Positions 42,344-56,472 of a stretch of DNA of 64,000 nucleotides are shown here, piece after piece. This DNA comes from Paramecium tetraurelia (lineage: Eukaryota). Each line of letters starts with the position of its first letter. Position 1 is the first letter of the stretch. The translations under genes were made by a program, and so were the position numbers. The stretch covers positions 434,001-498,000 of the forward strand of contig CT868208.1 in the NCBI GenBank assembly GCA_000165425.1, in the 5' to 3' direction. Below the pieces are notes generated by a model. The model was not told the DNA's origin. It searched no databases and saw nothing but the letters and a program-made list of their open reading frames with translations.

Positions 42344-42709
42344 TCATTCTCTTGTTGCAACAAAATAATTATTTGCTTATTCTTTGGCATTGTTAGTCCA
42401 AGCAATCTATCGATTGTGTATTATAAATTTGTTACTTCAGCCAATAATACAGTGCCAGCCAAAGTTAAACAGATGGGGGCGGCATAAGTGACTCTCTTGG
42501 GTGTGTAGACTGGAGCATAATGTTCAATGTATGATAGTCTTGGTGCCTTTGTGTAAATCAAATGGCTGAATCATATAAATATTCATATACTCAAGATATT
42601 AAACTGATCTGCCCACTAATGATTTGTTAGTAAAGTTTGTGAATACCAAACCAGCTCCGGTTACTGCATTACAAATTGATTTGTAGAGTTTGAATGAATT
42701 TGGATTCAT
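42344..42709 (-). CDS. Small (~100 aa) hydrophobic protein
   Basis: MNPNSFKLYKSICNAVTGAGLVF..; two introns (25 and 29 nt); ends VATRE-TGA. Confidence 0.75.
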
Positions 42710-42760
42710 TTATTATTTAGATATATATAAAATTAATTAATAATTTATTCTTTAATTCTT

Positions 42761-42842
42761 AGGTCCTTGGTCTCAGACTGAGTGGACTAGAACCCAAGGT
42801 TGGTAATTGTGAGTTTGGTTTGCCTTAAATGTGGCAATTACT
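42761..42842. ncRNA. Candidate structured ncRNA or regulatory element (two hairpins)
   Basis: About 44% GC island in very AT-rich flanks. Stems CCTTGG/CCAAGG and GTAATTG/CAATTAC. Confidence 0.35.
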
Positions 42843-42901
42843 TATTTAATCGAATAACCATAATTTTATTTCATAAATTAGTTAAAAAAATTTGAAAATA
42901 A

Positions 42902-44102
42902 ATGGAATATAAACGTTTGCTTGATATTTGTGAATAATTACTAAAGCATTCAGGTAGTTTTTCTTCTGATAGTGATTGGTAGCGTTGCCTTTGGATATGC
43001 TGGAAAAATATTATTTACTCAAAGAAAAGACACTCTCCAATGTTATAGTTAATCCATAAGCAAATCAAAATGCCTTGGTTGTGAAGATCATCCAATTATT
43101 TGCGTAATGTTTCAATTAGATGCTTACACAAAGAGATATTAATATAACCAATACAGAAACAACAATCAACCATTTATTAGTAACATTATATTTGATGTAA
43201 TCAAGGACACTTACAATGCGAATGATTTGAGATCTGAATTTTCTACCACATTCCAAGTATATATAGCATAATTGAATCCCTAGTTATTGTTACAAATAAA
43301 TAGTGATCGAAAGGAATTGGATGCCACAGTCACTTTCTTATAAAATGAGATAAGGAAAATCAAATTAGAATTGAACATGTCGAATTCTCGGTTGGATCAA
43401 TAGAAGAAATTGACTAATTCGGAGGACAAGGAGAGGAGCTTAAAAGTATCGAGAAATTTTAAAAACTATAGTTATAGAGACAAATCGATGAGTTGAAGGA
43501 TGAATTGCAAACAAAAATAGAAGAACATGAAGAGCAAGTTCATCAATTGCAGTTTAAATATGATGAATAAATAAAAGCTTTGATGAAGAAGAATAAGGAA
43601 ACCTTTTAATCAGAGTCAAAATATCAATAATTAGAAAAGGAATAGAAATAGTATGAGGAATTCTTCGATAAATTTGCTGAAATGTCATTGCCATATTTAG
43701 AAAAATACGAAAGAGATTTTGAAAAACAATAAGCCAAATCCAAAAGATATTCAGAGCAAAATATTAGTGAAAATGAAATACTCCTAGATTTTCTCTTCTA
43801 TTTGCTCTAGAAGTATGTCCCCTTGTAAGAAGACTTGAGGGAGGTCAGGAAGAGTAGTGCTAAGAAGAGCAATCAAGCAAGTCCAAAGGTATCGAGAGAG
43901 AGCAATAAGGGAGAATCTTCTGCCACAAGAGATTTGCATTTTGAACAATACAAAGTACAAAACAATAATCAGATTGATGATACTGTCAATAAATTAAAAC
44001 AAGAGTTGGAACAATCAAGAAAAACACTTGAGAAATATGAATTAAGTCGAAATAAATTATAGGTAATATTTATAAATAATTAATTAGAATTAAATATCGT
44101 GA
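42902..44102 (+). CDS. Coiled-coil protein
   Basis: MEYKRLLDICEQLLKHS.. multi-intron; ends NQIS-TGA at 44100, followed by a short AT-rich spacer. Confidence 0.75.
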
Positions 44103-44144
44103 TTTATTTAATATATTTATATATAATTTAATAAATATCTTTCA

Positions 44145-47100
44145 ATGTCTTTGCCATAAGGAATTCCAATGAATGCTGTTTATAAGCAAGTAGTTATGGA
44201 GCATAAAGAAGATGAAAGAGTAGAGCAATTGGAAGCACAAATTTATAACATGGAAAAAGATCATAGTATGTGGAGAAAGAAGTATTTTGAGCTAGAATCA
44301 TTATATGATAAGTGTCGATATGCTGCTGAAAAAGTAAACATTCATTTCTTAATTTTAGTCAGTCTAATTAGAGGATAGAATCAATCTATTGAGATAGGAC
44401 AATTCACAAATATCAGCCTTGCTTAGAGAAAAAGCTACAGAATGCGAAAAAATGAGAGTGAGATTGACACAATTGGAAAATGAAAATTTTGAGCTAAATA
44501 CAGTTAGATTGTAAGTAACCAAATTCAATGATCTTCTGTAATAAAAGACCTAAGATATCGAACTATTAAGAAAGAAAAACTCAGAAATTTATGCTAGAGT
44601 AATTGAATTAGAAGGAAATGAATTAGTTATTAGGGATTACAAGTCTTAAGTCAACAGTTTGACAAAGGATTTAGATGTTTGGAAAAAGTTGTATGAGGAT
44701 TAGTAATAGGAAAGAGTCAAGCTTTTAGAAATCATCAGATAATTTGAATAAAATAATCCTTTATCAGGATCAATTAAATCATCCTAATAATAGGTTAGTG
44801 AAGTCATTGAAAGAAGAGTTGTCACTACTTCAGAAACGACTAATAATACTCAATAATTATAATCATCACTTTTATAAAACTAAGCAACTATATCTGATCT
44901 AGAAGATAGACTAGGATTCTCAGAGAAGTAATACGACAAATTGAAGTAGGAATTAGAAGCCAGAATTAAAATGAATAATGAGCTTAAAATTAAGTAATAT
45001 CATAATTTAATTATAGAATAACATAGTAAGAATGTGAATTAAAGAATATTAATTATTTGAAACTAGATAATCAGAAATTAAAGGATCAACTTGATTAAAC
45101 TAAAAGAGAACTTGATTAATTTAGAAAATAATATTATACTACTTTAAGTAAATTATAGATTGCTGAATAATAACTCAATGAATTATACAATCTAGAAAAC
45201 AGACTCTAATTACTATAATAAGAGAGAGACACCTTAAACAAATCATTAAAATAAAAGAATGAAGACATTGGATAATTGTAAGACAAGGTTTCATCATTGT
45301 TATCTTAAATAGAATAATTGAGACTCAATGATTAAGCCAGAAATGCTGCTGAAAATGAGGTTATCTAACTCAAAACTGAATTAAGCAAACTCTAAGCTAA
45401 TCTTAAATAGAAAGAATAAACAATCTCAGATTTACATGGAAGAATAAATGACTTATAAAAACAATTAACTAATTCTCAATCTGATTTTAAGAGATTGTAA
45501 GCTAAGGATTACTCAGGATTATAGGATCAGGCAAAATTAGTTAATGAATTACAGTAAAAGCTACTATAATTGAGCTAAGATAATTCTAAATTCTAAAGTT
45601 AAGCATTCAATTTGGAATCCAAGAACAATTCGCAAGTTCAAGATATTTAAAGATTGAATTCTTTATTGTCGACTAAAACTTAAGAGCTCTCGGATGCAAA
45701 TAAGAAAATTTACGATTTAGAAAATGATAAAACAATCCCTGATCTTAAGTTTTAGAACTCTTAATTAATTGCTGAATTGAGAGAATAAGAAACTGAGAAC
45801 AAAGGTTTGTAAGAGAAACTACAAATCTTGGAAAATTAAATCATTCAATTAAATACTAAATTGACTACTGCTGAAGCTTAGGCTAATTGTAATTTGAATG
45901 AGAAAAATAAGGTTGATTAATTGTTGACTTCCTATTTGCTTCAATTATCATAATTAGAAAAAGAGTAATATATTAATTTAATACTTTAGAGTAGATCAAC
46001 TCAGAGTCATAGCCCAATAAGTAGCATAATAGAGTGCCATAAATAAGTAATAAGAATAACTCGTATAAGCATTATAGAAATAATTAAAAGACTAAACCAG
46101 CTAATTCAATGAATTGAGTAAAGAGAATGAGAAATTATATGTTGATAATTCTCAACTATCTACTCGTATTTCATAATTAAGCGAATTGCCAAACAAGATC
46201 TAAATTTTGGATGAGGGACTTCAAAAACTTTAATAAGATTATAATAATGAATTATAAGCCAATGAGACTCTAAACAAACAATTGAACGATGCCTTAAAAG
46301 TGAAGAATGATTTAGAAAATAAAATAGCTATGTTATCAACTGAAGTTGAAAGATTTTAGTATAAATTAAATAGCAGATAAAATGAGGCTGAGTAATTAAA
46401 GAAACAAATAGTAGATTTGGAGACTCAAATAGCTTAATTGAAATAATTGGAATCTGAAAATTAGGTGTTGGCAGACAAGATTGCTCATCTTGAACAACAA
46501 ATAATTAATGAAGCAAATAAGAATTTAGAGCATCTATTGAGGGTCAGTTAGGATGAAACTAAATCGTATGTTTTGGATAATAATAAACTTAAATAACAAT
46601 TAGATTAAAGGGAGCAAGAAAATAAGTAAAAGGATGAATCGTATAAATAATTAGAATAAAAATATTAATAACTTCAAAGTTCAAATAAGAATTTAGAAGC
46701 TTAGAACACTCAAATTGCTGAATTATAAAATGTAATTGCAGGATAAGAGAATGATATACAAAAATTCTAAGATCTTATTGAAGAATTGAGAGATAAAAAC
46801 AATGATTTAGTAGCAGAGTATAATTATATTATGATTATTTAGATCTCAAAAGTTATCAATTGAATTGACTTAATAGTAAGTATAAATTGCGGATTTGAAA
46901 AATTAAATTGAAAAACTCAATACTCAAGTTAATAACAATTAAAATTATGACTAATTAATAGAAGAATTGAAGAAGAAGATTGAGAAATTACAAGAAGAGA
47001 AAGTATAATTTAATTATATTATATCTTAGTACTAATTAGAAAACAAAGTAGCCTTATTGTCAAGTGAAATAGAGAGAATGAGAGTTAAATATGATGCCTA

Positions 47101-47409
47101 AGGAAACAAATTGAATATTTCCGAAGAGTAGAAACAAGGCTTAACCAAGGAGTTGGAATAAGTACATAAATTATTTGAAGAATCCTAAGATGTATCTATA
47201 TGTTGTAAAGATTAAAATAGGAAATTGATAAATTGTAGGAATAATTGTCAAAACAGAAAGAATTAGAATAGAAAGAATAAGCCTTAAGCTTAACTTTGGT
47301 AAATGCATTCAATGAAATCGATGCTTTGAGATAATAATTGTCGAGAGTTTTTAATGAAGCTAATGAATAAAAGAAGGCCAATATAGCGTTGGCTACATAA
47401 TAATAATGA
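44145..47409 (+). CDS. Very long coiled-coil protein
   Basis: MSLPQGIPMNAVYKQVV.. about 1000 heptad-rich codons with a recurring LENKIAMLSTEVER / LENKVALLSSEIER motif. Several introns. Confidence 0.85.
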
Positions 47410-47442
47410 GTATTATAAAAATAAATATTAATAATTAAAAAA

Positions 47443-48143
47443 ATGCTCTAAAAAGCTACAATCAGATTTTATTTATCACAAGCAAGTAATATAGAATATA
47501 AAAATAAGGAAAAATTCCAACAATTTGGGATGTGAACCCTTTCGTTTACTAAAGATTGTCTAATGCTTTAATAGGAGCTTACTCAAACAGATAATTTGGA
47601 GTTTTAATAAGAGAAAATCTTGAACAGATAACTGATCATCAAGTAGCATATGCATTTCAAAGGTATGATTCTAGTATTTAATTATTTAACTAGAATCAAT
47701 GAATTGAATTTGGATGCTGATCAAGACTTCTATGAATATGTTGTACCAGCATTAAAGGAATTTGTTTCAAATTTAACAAGAGATCATTCAGTCTCATTTG
47801 CAACTATTATTGGAACTTGTGGTAAAATAAATGTCAAGGATGCTTCCCTTTGGCAATTATTTGAAAAAAAAATCGTGGCTGATCGAATATACAGGTATTG
47901 TAGAATTAGATTTAATAAAGATATATTCCTTTGAATGACTTAGTCAGTATGACTTAATAAGTTGCATTAAGTGATTATGGATCTGAAGGATTTTTTAATA
48001 CAATGGAAAAACAAATAGGAAGACATAGATTAGCATTGAGTGACGAATAAATTAAATTGACTCAAGAAGCTTTTGAAAGAAAAAGATTAGCAGCTCCAAT
48101 CATTAAGCAATTAAAATAATCAGCTTAAAAACAATTAGCATGA
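47443..48143 (+). CDS. Helical-repeat protein, possibly mitochondrial
   Basis: MLQKATIRFYLSQA presequence-like start; three tiny introns; open to TGA at 48141. Confidence 0.75.
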
Positions 48144-48186
48144 TTTATTAGATAAAAATAAAATATTATATAGTACAAATTAATGC

Positions 48187-49692
48187 TCAATATTCAAGAT
48201 GGTGTTTTAGCTTCTCTTCTAACCAATTATAAAATTCTACGTGTTCTAAATAATAAGGATAAAAGGGAGACTTTTCAAAAGTCTTGGCAAAATTAACTAT
48301 TTTTTATATCAAAATATGCGCAAACTAATAAAAATAACATAAATTGTACTTTTCTTCCAACATAAGCTAAAACACTATTAGGAACCATGGAAATTTTGGG
48401 ATTCACATTTGTGCAAGCTCTAATGGAACATGAATCCTTATCAATAGGGGTAATTTCAAAAATGTAGTATTTGATATACATTCTCACAAATTTGGATTTC
48501 TCTGGGATAAAAATTCCATTCTTTTCTAAAAATTCTTTATCTTAATCCACTGACCTTGACAATAATGTGATTGTTCCATTAACTTATAATCTATCATAAC
48601 CTTCTCCAACAAAAACACATTCTCTATCTGGAATCAGAGGGAAATACATTTCTGATGTGCAAACCTTACACGCTCTATTCAGCACTTTATTAACATAAGT
48701 TCTCTTGCAGAAGGGAACCCATAAATAATTTAAATTCATTTCGTTTACTAAAGCCAACACTCTTATGGCGTTTACTGGTATCTTAGTTTCCATAAGCATA
48801 GAGGCAGTAGATGTGTTTTCTGGGAATTTGTACTTCACAGAGATTCCATTACTCAAACCATCAAATATCCAGCCATCTGAATCTAATTCTTTCACATTTT
48901 CGATCATATAATTATATTGCAAAATTATTTAGTCTACATATTCAGCATGAGGTAGATAATTTATATCAGATTTAAATTTATCTTATGCCAATTTTGCATA
49001 TTGGTAGGCCTTAATTATTAATATACATATTTACTTGATCAATCCTTGTTTAATCAAACTCGTATTTACTTCTATTAATGAGTTCTGATAACTCATCCTA
49101 GGCTATTTCGATATATTTTTTTGAAGGAGGGGATTGGATTAAGGATTATTCTTCTTTCGATTATAATGGGTAAATATTATTCTCATAAAATTATATCTAT
49201 TAATCCTCGCAAATATCAATGTTTTAAGTCAGCATCTAAGTTTCAGCTTGTTTTTATTATAGTTACTCCTCTCTCTATATAATAAACTCCCTGCCTATTC
49301 TTGATGCTTTATAATTGATACTTAAGCTTCTTACTTCCTAAATTTAATTAGCTAAATATCATTTGACGTATTTACTTTCTTCATCAGCAATTCTAAACAT
49401 AAATTCTTAGACTTCAGGATTATTCATCATTGTGTTCATTAATTTCTTAATTTAGTTTTTTTCTTCATGTGACGTATTTGTCTACTCCAATAAACTAGTT
49501 AGTATTAAATTGATTTCATTATATGTATTAAGCTTCTCAATATCGTTTAATGAGCTTGAAATTAATTCAGAAAACTAAATTGGATTTGTTCAAAATTCTT
49601 ACAATTATTTTTATTTTTTCAAGCTGTTCATTAATCTCCTTAAGTTTGACTGCACATTGAAGCTTCTCTTGAAAGTTTACATTCATTTGCAT
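48187..49692 (-). CDS. START/SRPBCC-domain lipid-binding protein
   Basis: DGWIFDGLSNGISVKY..WVPFC..FPLIPDRECV..NPKISMVPNSVLAYV. N-terminal helical extension; introns include 49575-49602 and 49338-49367. Confidence 0.85.
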
Positions 49693-50095
49693 TAATTATA
49701 TTAATTTAATATATATATATATGAATAAGTTTATTTGTTATGTATGCTACTCGTAACACTCAAAAATCATAAAATGATCGATGAGCTGACTCTGAGCAAT
49801 TGATCTCTGCTAATTAGACCCATAAATAAGTTATCTAAACTCATTAACCTAAAACTAATTAGCCTTTTATTGTGTATTAACTTAATGTTCACAAATTAAT
49901 TCAATTATTTTATTATTATTTTAATCTTCATATTTTCCAATATAAATACCCACTTATTAAGAAAAAATCAATATAAAAATTGAGATTACACTATTAAAAA
50001 TATCAATTAAAAATTGATTTACATTTTGTTTTAATTTCTATGATTTAATAAATTTATATATTATGTGGAGATGATTTGAAAAATTTATTTGATAA

Positions 50096-52177
50096 TCATA
50101 TTGTAATTTTATTATAAATATCTCTGCTTTTGTTTAATTTATTAACTGTCAAGATGCTCTGGAATTATTCTACTAATTCCTGAAGAGCCACCTTCTTATT
50201 ATCTTGCAATTCCTTCATTAAAGTATCAATCAAATGTTCTGATACTTTTGGTCTCTCTTTCAATTTAAGTTGAGGTAACTTCTCCTTATTCTCAAATTAA
50301 TCTTTGTAGCATTCAATTGATTTTTCTATCTTCTTCTATATATCTTTATTATTTTAATCACTGCTCAATTTATTCAACAACATCAATATTTCTTCCCATT
50401 AGTTTTTTTCTTCCCCTTGTATACGAGAAGAGAGTTGTGACTATCTGACTTTCTTATTCATACTGTCTTCAAATAACCTTTTGAAGACTGGATTTACTAT
50501 TTATTTTGGAGGACTCCTTGAAACTTACCTTAAAAGTACAGAATTTTCATTAGCCAAATGATAGGATGTTGAAGCACCTCTCTTCCTTTGAATGCCAGGA
50601 GATGGCAGACAACGAGGCTAATCATTCTTAACATTGTTTAAAGGAATAATTTAAAAATCTGGTTTGAAGTGAATTTATGATTGAAGTTTGGGAAGTGTTC
50701 CAGTTTTTTCAAATTTAATTCATTTCCCAATTTCTCAAATGCAAATTTATGGTATTTTCAATTATTAGATATTTTAGAATATTGCATTTTCTCCTCTGCA
50801 TATAGTACATAACTGATATTCGAATGAGTTTTCTGTCTAAGTCAATTAACAAACCTATTAGAATTTATACATCTTTATAGCTTAATTATTTTCAAATTCT
50901 AGTTACTCCAAACTTTCAGCAACCAACCTTGTTTTGTTAATAATGTTATTTTGTTCGCTGAACTCTCGAATTTTCAAAAGGGAATTTTCAGTATTAATTA
51001 ATCTTGTATTAATTTAAGCCTTCTCCAATTGAAGTTTTTAAAGCTATTGTTTCAACCTAATAATTTCTTCATCCTGCAATCTCTAGGCTTTTGTTAAGTT
51101 TTATGATTCCTATATCAATTATTAGTGTAGAATTCTCAAGGAGGCCACCTTGGATTTCAAGATTTCATTTATTTTAATAAGTTAATCGAACTGCTAATTA
51201 ACCTAATTGGTGTATTGCTCTAAATTTAATATCACATTTCTGAAATATCCTTTGTAATTAAATTATTGGATTTCCTAATCAGAATTTGCCTTAAATAATT
51301 TAATGACCTAATTGACATAGGCCCACTACCTTAAAGCCTGTCTAGCTCCCCTTTAATTACAATTACATTCAATTTCTGGATCCTCCTTGATAATTAGACA
51401 AATAGGCTCTGATATTGTGTTGAGTTCCATGGAGCCTAGTTTATTCATTTCCTATTTTAATGCTTGATAATGCAAGTCTTATTATTATCTTAGGTGAGTT
51501 TTGAATTGAGTGTATTCTCTTTCAAAGGATTTTGAGCACATCATCATTTTATCAATGTAAGAGTAGTTTATTCCATATTCAGGTCTTTGGTTCTCAAAAA
51601 CTTCAAAGAAATAATAACCTCCCTTCATATCCTGTATGATCTTCCATAATTCATAAGGACTCATTTAATCCAGATAATCTTTAAAATTTTCGGGATGCTA
51701 TTTTTTATTGTTAAACCTCTTTTTTAATAATTCCTCTTTTTCATTTAGATGATTTAACAATGACTAAATTAAACTATCTTCATAAGCAGTTGGTTTCCTT
51801 CCTTTCTAAAATAATAATAATATAAAATCACCTGTACGATAGTTTGTTCTTTATTGAAAAAATTTTGTTTCTCTTCATCTGAGTTTTCGAAACAATCATC
51901 TCCAGTTAAATCGAAATTCATTCTCTAGCATTTTAAATACGAAATATACCTAATAAATCTATGACACATCGATATTGGAAGGTTATTTCTTGACCTCATC
52001 TAAGAATCTGACACAACTCTGTTTATAATTTTTGTTGGGAAATGTGATGTATTTGAGATCGAGATCTGATAATGTGTAAATAACTGCATTCATCATTAAC
52101 ATATACAAGCTGTTCTCAATGTCTAGACCTTTTTTGACATTATCCTTTATTGACTGAATTATTGGAGATAATTTCAT
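50096..52177 (-). CDS. Hypothetical coiled-coil protein
   Basis: MKLSPIIQSIKDNVKKG.. open in the ciliate code with at least one intron; TGA at 50096-50098. Confidence 0.75.
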
Positions 52178-52343
52178 CTTTCAAGTGGACTTCTATTTAT
52201 TATTTATATTAATAAAATAACTTAATCAAATGAAATTCAATGATGTTAATAACATATTAAATACCTCAACTTTGCTTATAATGTTAACAAGATGAGTTTG
52301 GTATCAATCATATTTTGAATGAAATAATATTAATTTTGATTAA

Positions 52344-53192
52344 ATGTTGAGTCCTGAATAAATATATTCCATAGTTTATAAAACAGATTCGGGAATTGAA
52401 GGATATGCAATTCCTAGATTTTACCATGACCCAGCCGAAATGATGAGAAATCGAGATTTGTTGAAACAGATAGAAAAAAGTAAGTTTCTCCATGTCACAC
52501 ACTATTAGAATAAGCACATAAAAGATATGAAACCAAAAAAGGCAGTTATTTAGACGACTACACAAAAATGTTTAAAAGTTTTCCCAGTCCCTTATAATAT
52601 TAATCATACAACATTGAAAAAATCCCAGAAAAAAAAGTTAAATATCCAAATCGCCTGACATTGTTTGATCAATTATAAAAGGAGTAAAAAAGGATTAATA
52701 ACCCTTCAGTTGGAGCCTATAATATCGAAAAAACGTAAGAGCAAATAGAGAAGGAGCTTAAGGTGTTAAAGACTCGCAAGGTCAAAGAGCTTTAAAGACC
52801 CAATCCCTATGAAGATGCCATGGCTCACAGCATTATGGTTCCTGGCCCTGGAAATTATAATCCACATGTGAGATATTCAACAATAATAAAAGTCGTTCCT
52901 ACCGAAAATCAAAGTCAATAATACAAAACCTGAAGATTGGAGAAAAAAACATAACATTGAAAAAAATAAAAGTCTTGCACAACTTCCTCCTGTCGGAACC
53001 TACACTCCCATCCTAAGTGATTCATTTGCAAAGATATAATGCACTGCTCCTGTCAAAAGATCCTATTGGGGAAGTGAAAAGCGATTTAAAGGATTATTCG
53101 GTAGTTCTTCTATTGGACCAGGTCCTGGTACATATGCTCAATTAAGCAAATTGTTAGCAAAAGGAGTTGAAAAGTCTATTTATCAAGAATGA
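52344..53192 (+). CDS. SHIPPO-rpt/ODF3-like protein
   Basis: Repeated PGPG-x-Y type motifs: PSPYN, PSVGAYN, VPGPGNYNP, PPVGTYTP, GPGPGTY. Confidence 0.8.
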
Positions 53193-53305
53193 TTTATATA
53201 AAATTTTTAATTTTAATAAATAATTATAAACCTGTTGAAAATTTATATATATTTGTTATTATTAAATGAAGATATTCTCTATGTATGATATTCGATATTT
53301 AAATT

Positions 53306-54933
53306 ATGAAAAATTAAAGATTGTAAAAAAAATTGAATAATTGCCAAATTATCATAAATAGAATCAAGTCCAAGTTTAGAATGAGCACAATTTTGATAAT
53401 TTATTCATTTTTTATACTTGCTTTTACTTTTGCAAATCTTCTGATATGTTTAACATTGTAAATCAATCTAACAAGCAATCAAGTTGAAGAAATCTCAAAT
53501 TAGTAATTAACTTTACAAAATTCCAAGTGAATTTCTTATTTAATTTAGAGCTTTAAACTTTCAATCAAAGGAGACGACTCATTTATTTTAGATTGCATTT
53601 CAAATGGCAATATCGAAAATGGAAAAATTGGCCATTCTTAACCTCAAAACCTCGATCTAAGATGTAGACGCAAGTCAACGCATTTCAAATTGCCAATAGG
53701 CTTAGTAATATGATGAACCAATTTAGAAAGTCGCCATATGTCTCTCAAATTTGAAAGTATAAAACGAATCAACCAATAGTAGCAATCATAACAAAAAATT
53801 TATCTCATTCCTAAATGTTTTTGAAGGTCTTTAGAATATTTTTGACCTTCCTATTATTTCTAAGCAGTTATATTTTGTTTCTCCTCATGATCACTTCTTA
53901 ACAGCTTATTATCCAACAAGATAGAAAAATGAAACCAAAGAATTGGTTGAATATGAGTGGTTTATTAACTATATAACTGAGATTTAGAAGAATTCAAATC
54001 CTTCCTTCTTTAAGCTGATTCCTTATATTAACCTACCAAATTATGATTATTTATTGGCAGGATTGACTATGTTAATGATCGACAAAAATTATTAAATCAA
54101 CGGAATTGCAGTGTAGATTTTGAATTTTCCTTAACTTACTAAAATCCTTTTTATTGAAACTCTAAATATAATTATGGTGTACGATGATGGTAAAATTATG
54201 TACACCCAAACCTATGTATACAACGGTTTAGAAAAACAAATTAGATACATTTATAATGAAACTATCAGTGGTTTTAACTATTCAGATTGGGAACTGATCA
54301 AATCTTCACTCAATTTTAAATACCCTATCTACATATACAATAGCTTATTAAATTAGAATGTATATCTTAAAGCTAAATAAATACCAAATACTCCTTTGAT
54401 ATCGCTGATGTATTAATTGATATTAATCTAGATTAACTAATTTAACTTATGAAAATGAAATTTCCAAACTATTAAACGAATAAATAGATTCAATTCTAAA
54501 TTGGTAATTAACTTTAATCACTTATACTTCATCTATAAGCATCCTAATAATATTATTAAGTTTAATTCCTTTAAGATCTTTATTTAAACCGACTTAGGTT
54601 GTGATAGAGATGATGATGAAATATTTACTGGGAAGATTTGATTATAAATTGAAAGATCAAGTTATAAGAGAAAATAAGATCTCACAATTAAATAATGCGA
54701 TTAATTAATTATATTAAGCTTATCAGAGGTTAGATATTACTTTAAATTAATCGTAATACGTTAAAAATGAACATTGCATACTCATTGAAAAATTCTATTA
54801 TGAATAGAAGAAAGGAAAAATGCAGAATTTTTCATTCGAAAACATTATAAATCAGAAAGAATAACTAAGTCTTTCTGAATTTAAAAAATTTATTGCCATG
54901 TAACACGATGTTTAGGTTGAAACCATTATTTGA
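53306..54933 (+). CDS. Two-TM membrane protein with Cache-like extracellular domain
   Basis: N-terminal TM, then YEWF..PYINL..GIAVQILN..MVYDDGKIMY (Cache-like), a second TM, and a HAMP-like LFKPTQVV..EINQLYQAY-type segment. Introns restore the frame. Confidence 0.65.
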
Positions 54934-55669
54934 AATCAACTTGTTTATATATTCACTTAATGTTTATTAATCTATAAAACCTGCTAAAAGAAAAATTCAT
55001 GATTAATTCTTTTTTTAAATTATAGATTTTTTTAATATCATATACATTGTATTAGTGAATCATCTAGCAACCATTACCGAAAGTCAAAAATTATTAAATC
55101 TAAAAAAGATAATTTTAGATTCTTTATATGCTATTTGAAAGCGTTCTAAATTAATACCAATAAATCAAAGATCAAACTAATATTTATTTAAAATTACTTT
55201 ATCGATTTTTATGAAAAATATTTGACCGAAATAATTAATTTTTATATTTATTTTAGGCATATTGGCTAATAATTACTAAAATTAAATATATTTTCAATAT
55301 GAATTGTTGAATAAATTATTATTAGTTGCATTACTATGCAGCTTACAACCATGACCTTTGGTTCTGATATTCAGTATAGCATCATAAATTCATAATGAAT
55401 TTCTAATACATATTCATTCTAAAATTTAAATAATAAATACTTTTAGTTATTTAAATATCGACCATTTTAGAATTACCAAATAATATTATCAAATTATTAT
55501 TTTATGATTTTATTATAAATCAAGATATGATTGTAAATTATTAGATGAAGAACCATTATATAAAGAAAATTTCCAATTAGCATAACTCAGTTACAATATT
55601 ATTAATAAAATTAGATACTAAATCATTTTAATAGAAATTAACAATATTTTAATATACAAGTAAAATTAT

Positions 55670-56324
55670 TCAATCTAAATTATATTTTAATAAATGCAAT
55701 AACTAATTATAACACTTATCTAGATTTTCCTAAAGTATTTAAAATAATTAATACTTGATTTAGAGGACAAAATGTAGGCATGAAGGAATTAAAATTTTAA
55801 TCAATCCAAAAGTAGGCAAAGTATAGTTGTTTTTTGTCACCTTTCTTGGTTGAAGTACTTTATTCATTTTCAATGGAATTAGGTTACCAAAATTAATTAC
55901 TTTAAGTTTGATTCAAGTTTTCAGAAGGACTCCACCTTTTCAAAATTGGTAAAGCTGAATAAGATCTCTATTTTTAATGTTATTCATCTTCAATATTAAT
56001 TTTTTTTTTTTATTTTTAACATTTCTTGGCATCATCATTTTATCTTTACACATCCATTTTTTTAACTAATTTTTAGTACAAATTCTCCCTTATATATTTA
56101 ATACAATAATTATACTTGTTGTCATTCTCAAAGTTTTCAATTATTCTTATATATGAAGCATTCTAAGTATTTTATGGTTTGTTATAGGCTAGACTAGGCC
56201 TTTGTTCTTTTAATTGACTATTCTGAATAGATTATTTTTCAATTGATTAGTTCTTGGAAATGAAGTTTTATTTAGATGTAGCAAAGGATTATTGAAGTTG
56301 TTGGTGCTATTTTGAGGGTTTCAT
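55670..56324 (-). CDS. Hypothetical low-complexity protein
   Basis: MKPSKQHQQLQQ.. open with two probable introns. 3' end uncertain. Confidence 0.5.
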
Positions 56325-56472
56325 TTTTAAAATAATTAGTTCAAAATCAAATTTATAAAAGTTAAGTTGGAAATTAAAATGAGTAATTTATTTCAATGAA
56401 GTCTTTATCAGTAGATTAAAAGAAGAAAAACAGAGGATCAAATATATATTAATATTGATTTTATTGTTTAAA

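Noticed and set aside
42761..42842. tRNA, telomerase RNA or spliceosomal snRNA
   Set aside because: No cloverleaf, no telomeric template and no U1/U2/U4/U5/U6 signature. Kept only as an unclassified candidate.
49575..49602. Apparent premature TGA or frameshift in the START gene (similar cases at 8575-8597 and near 53530)
   Set aside because: Resolved by canonical 22-28-nt GT..AG introns.
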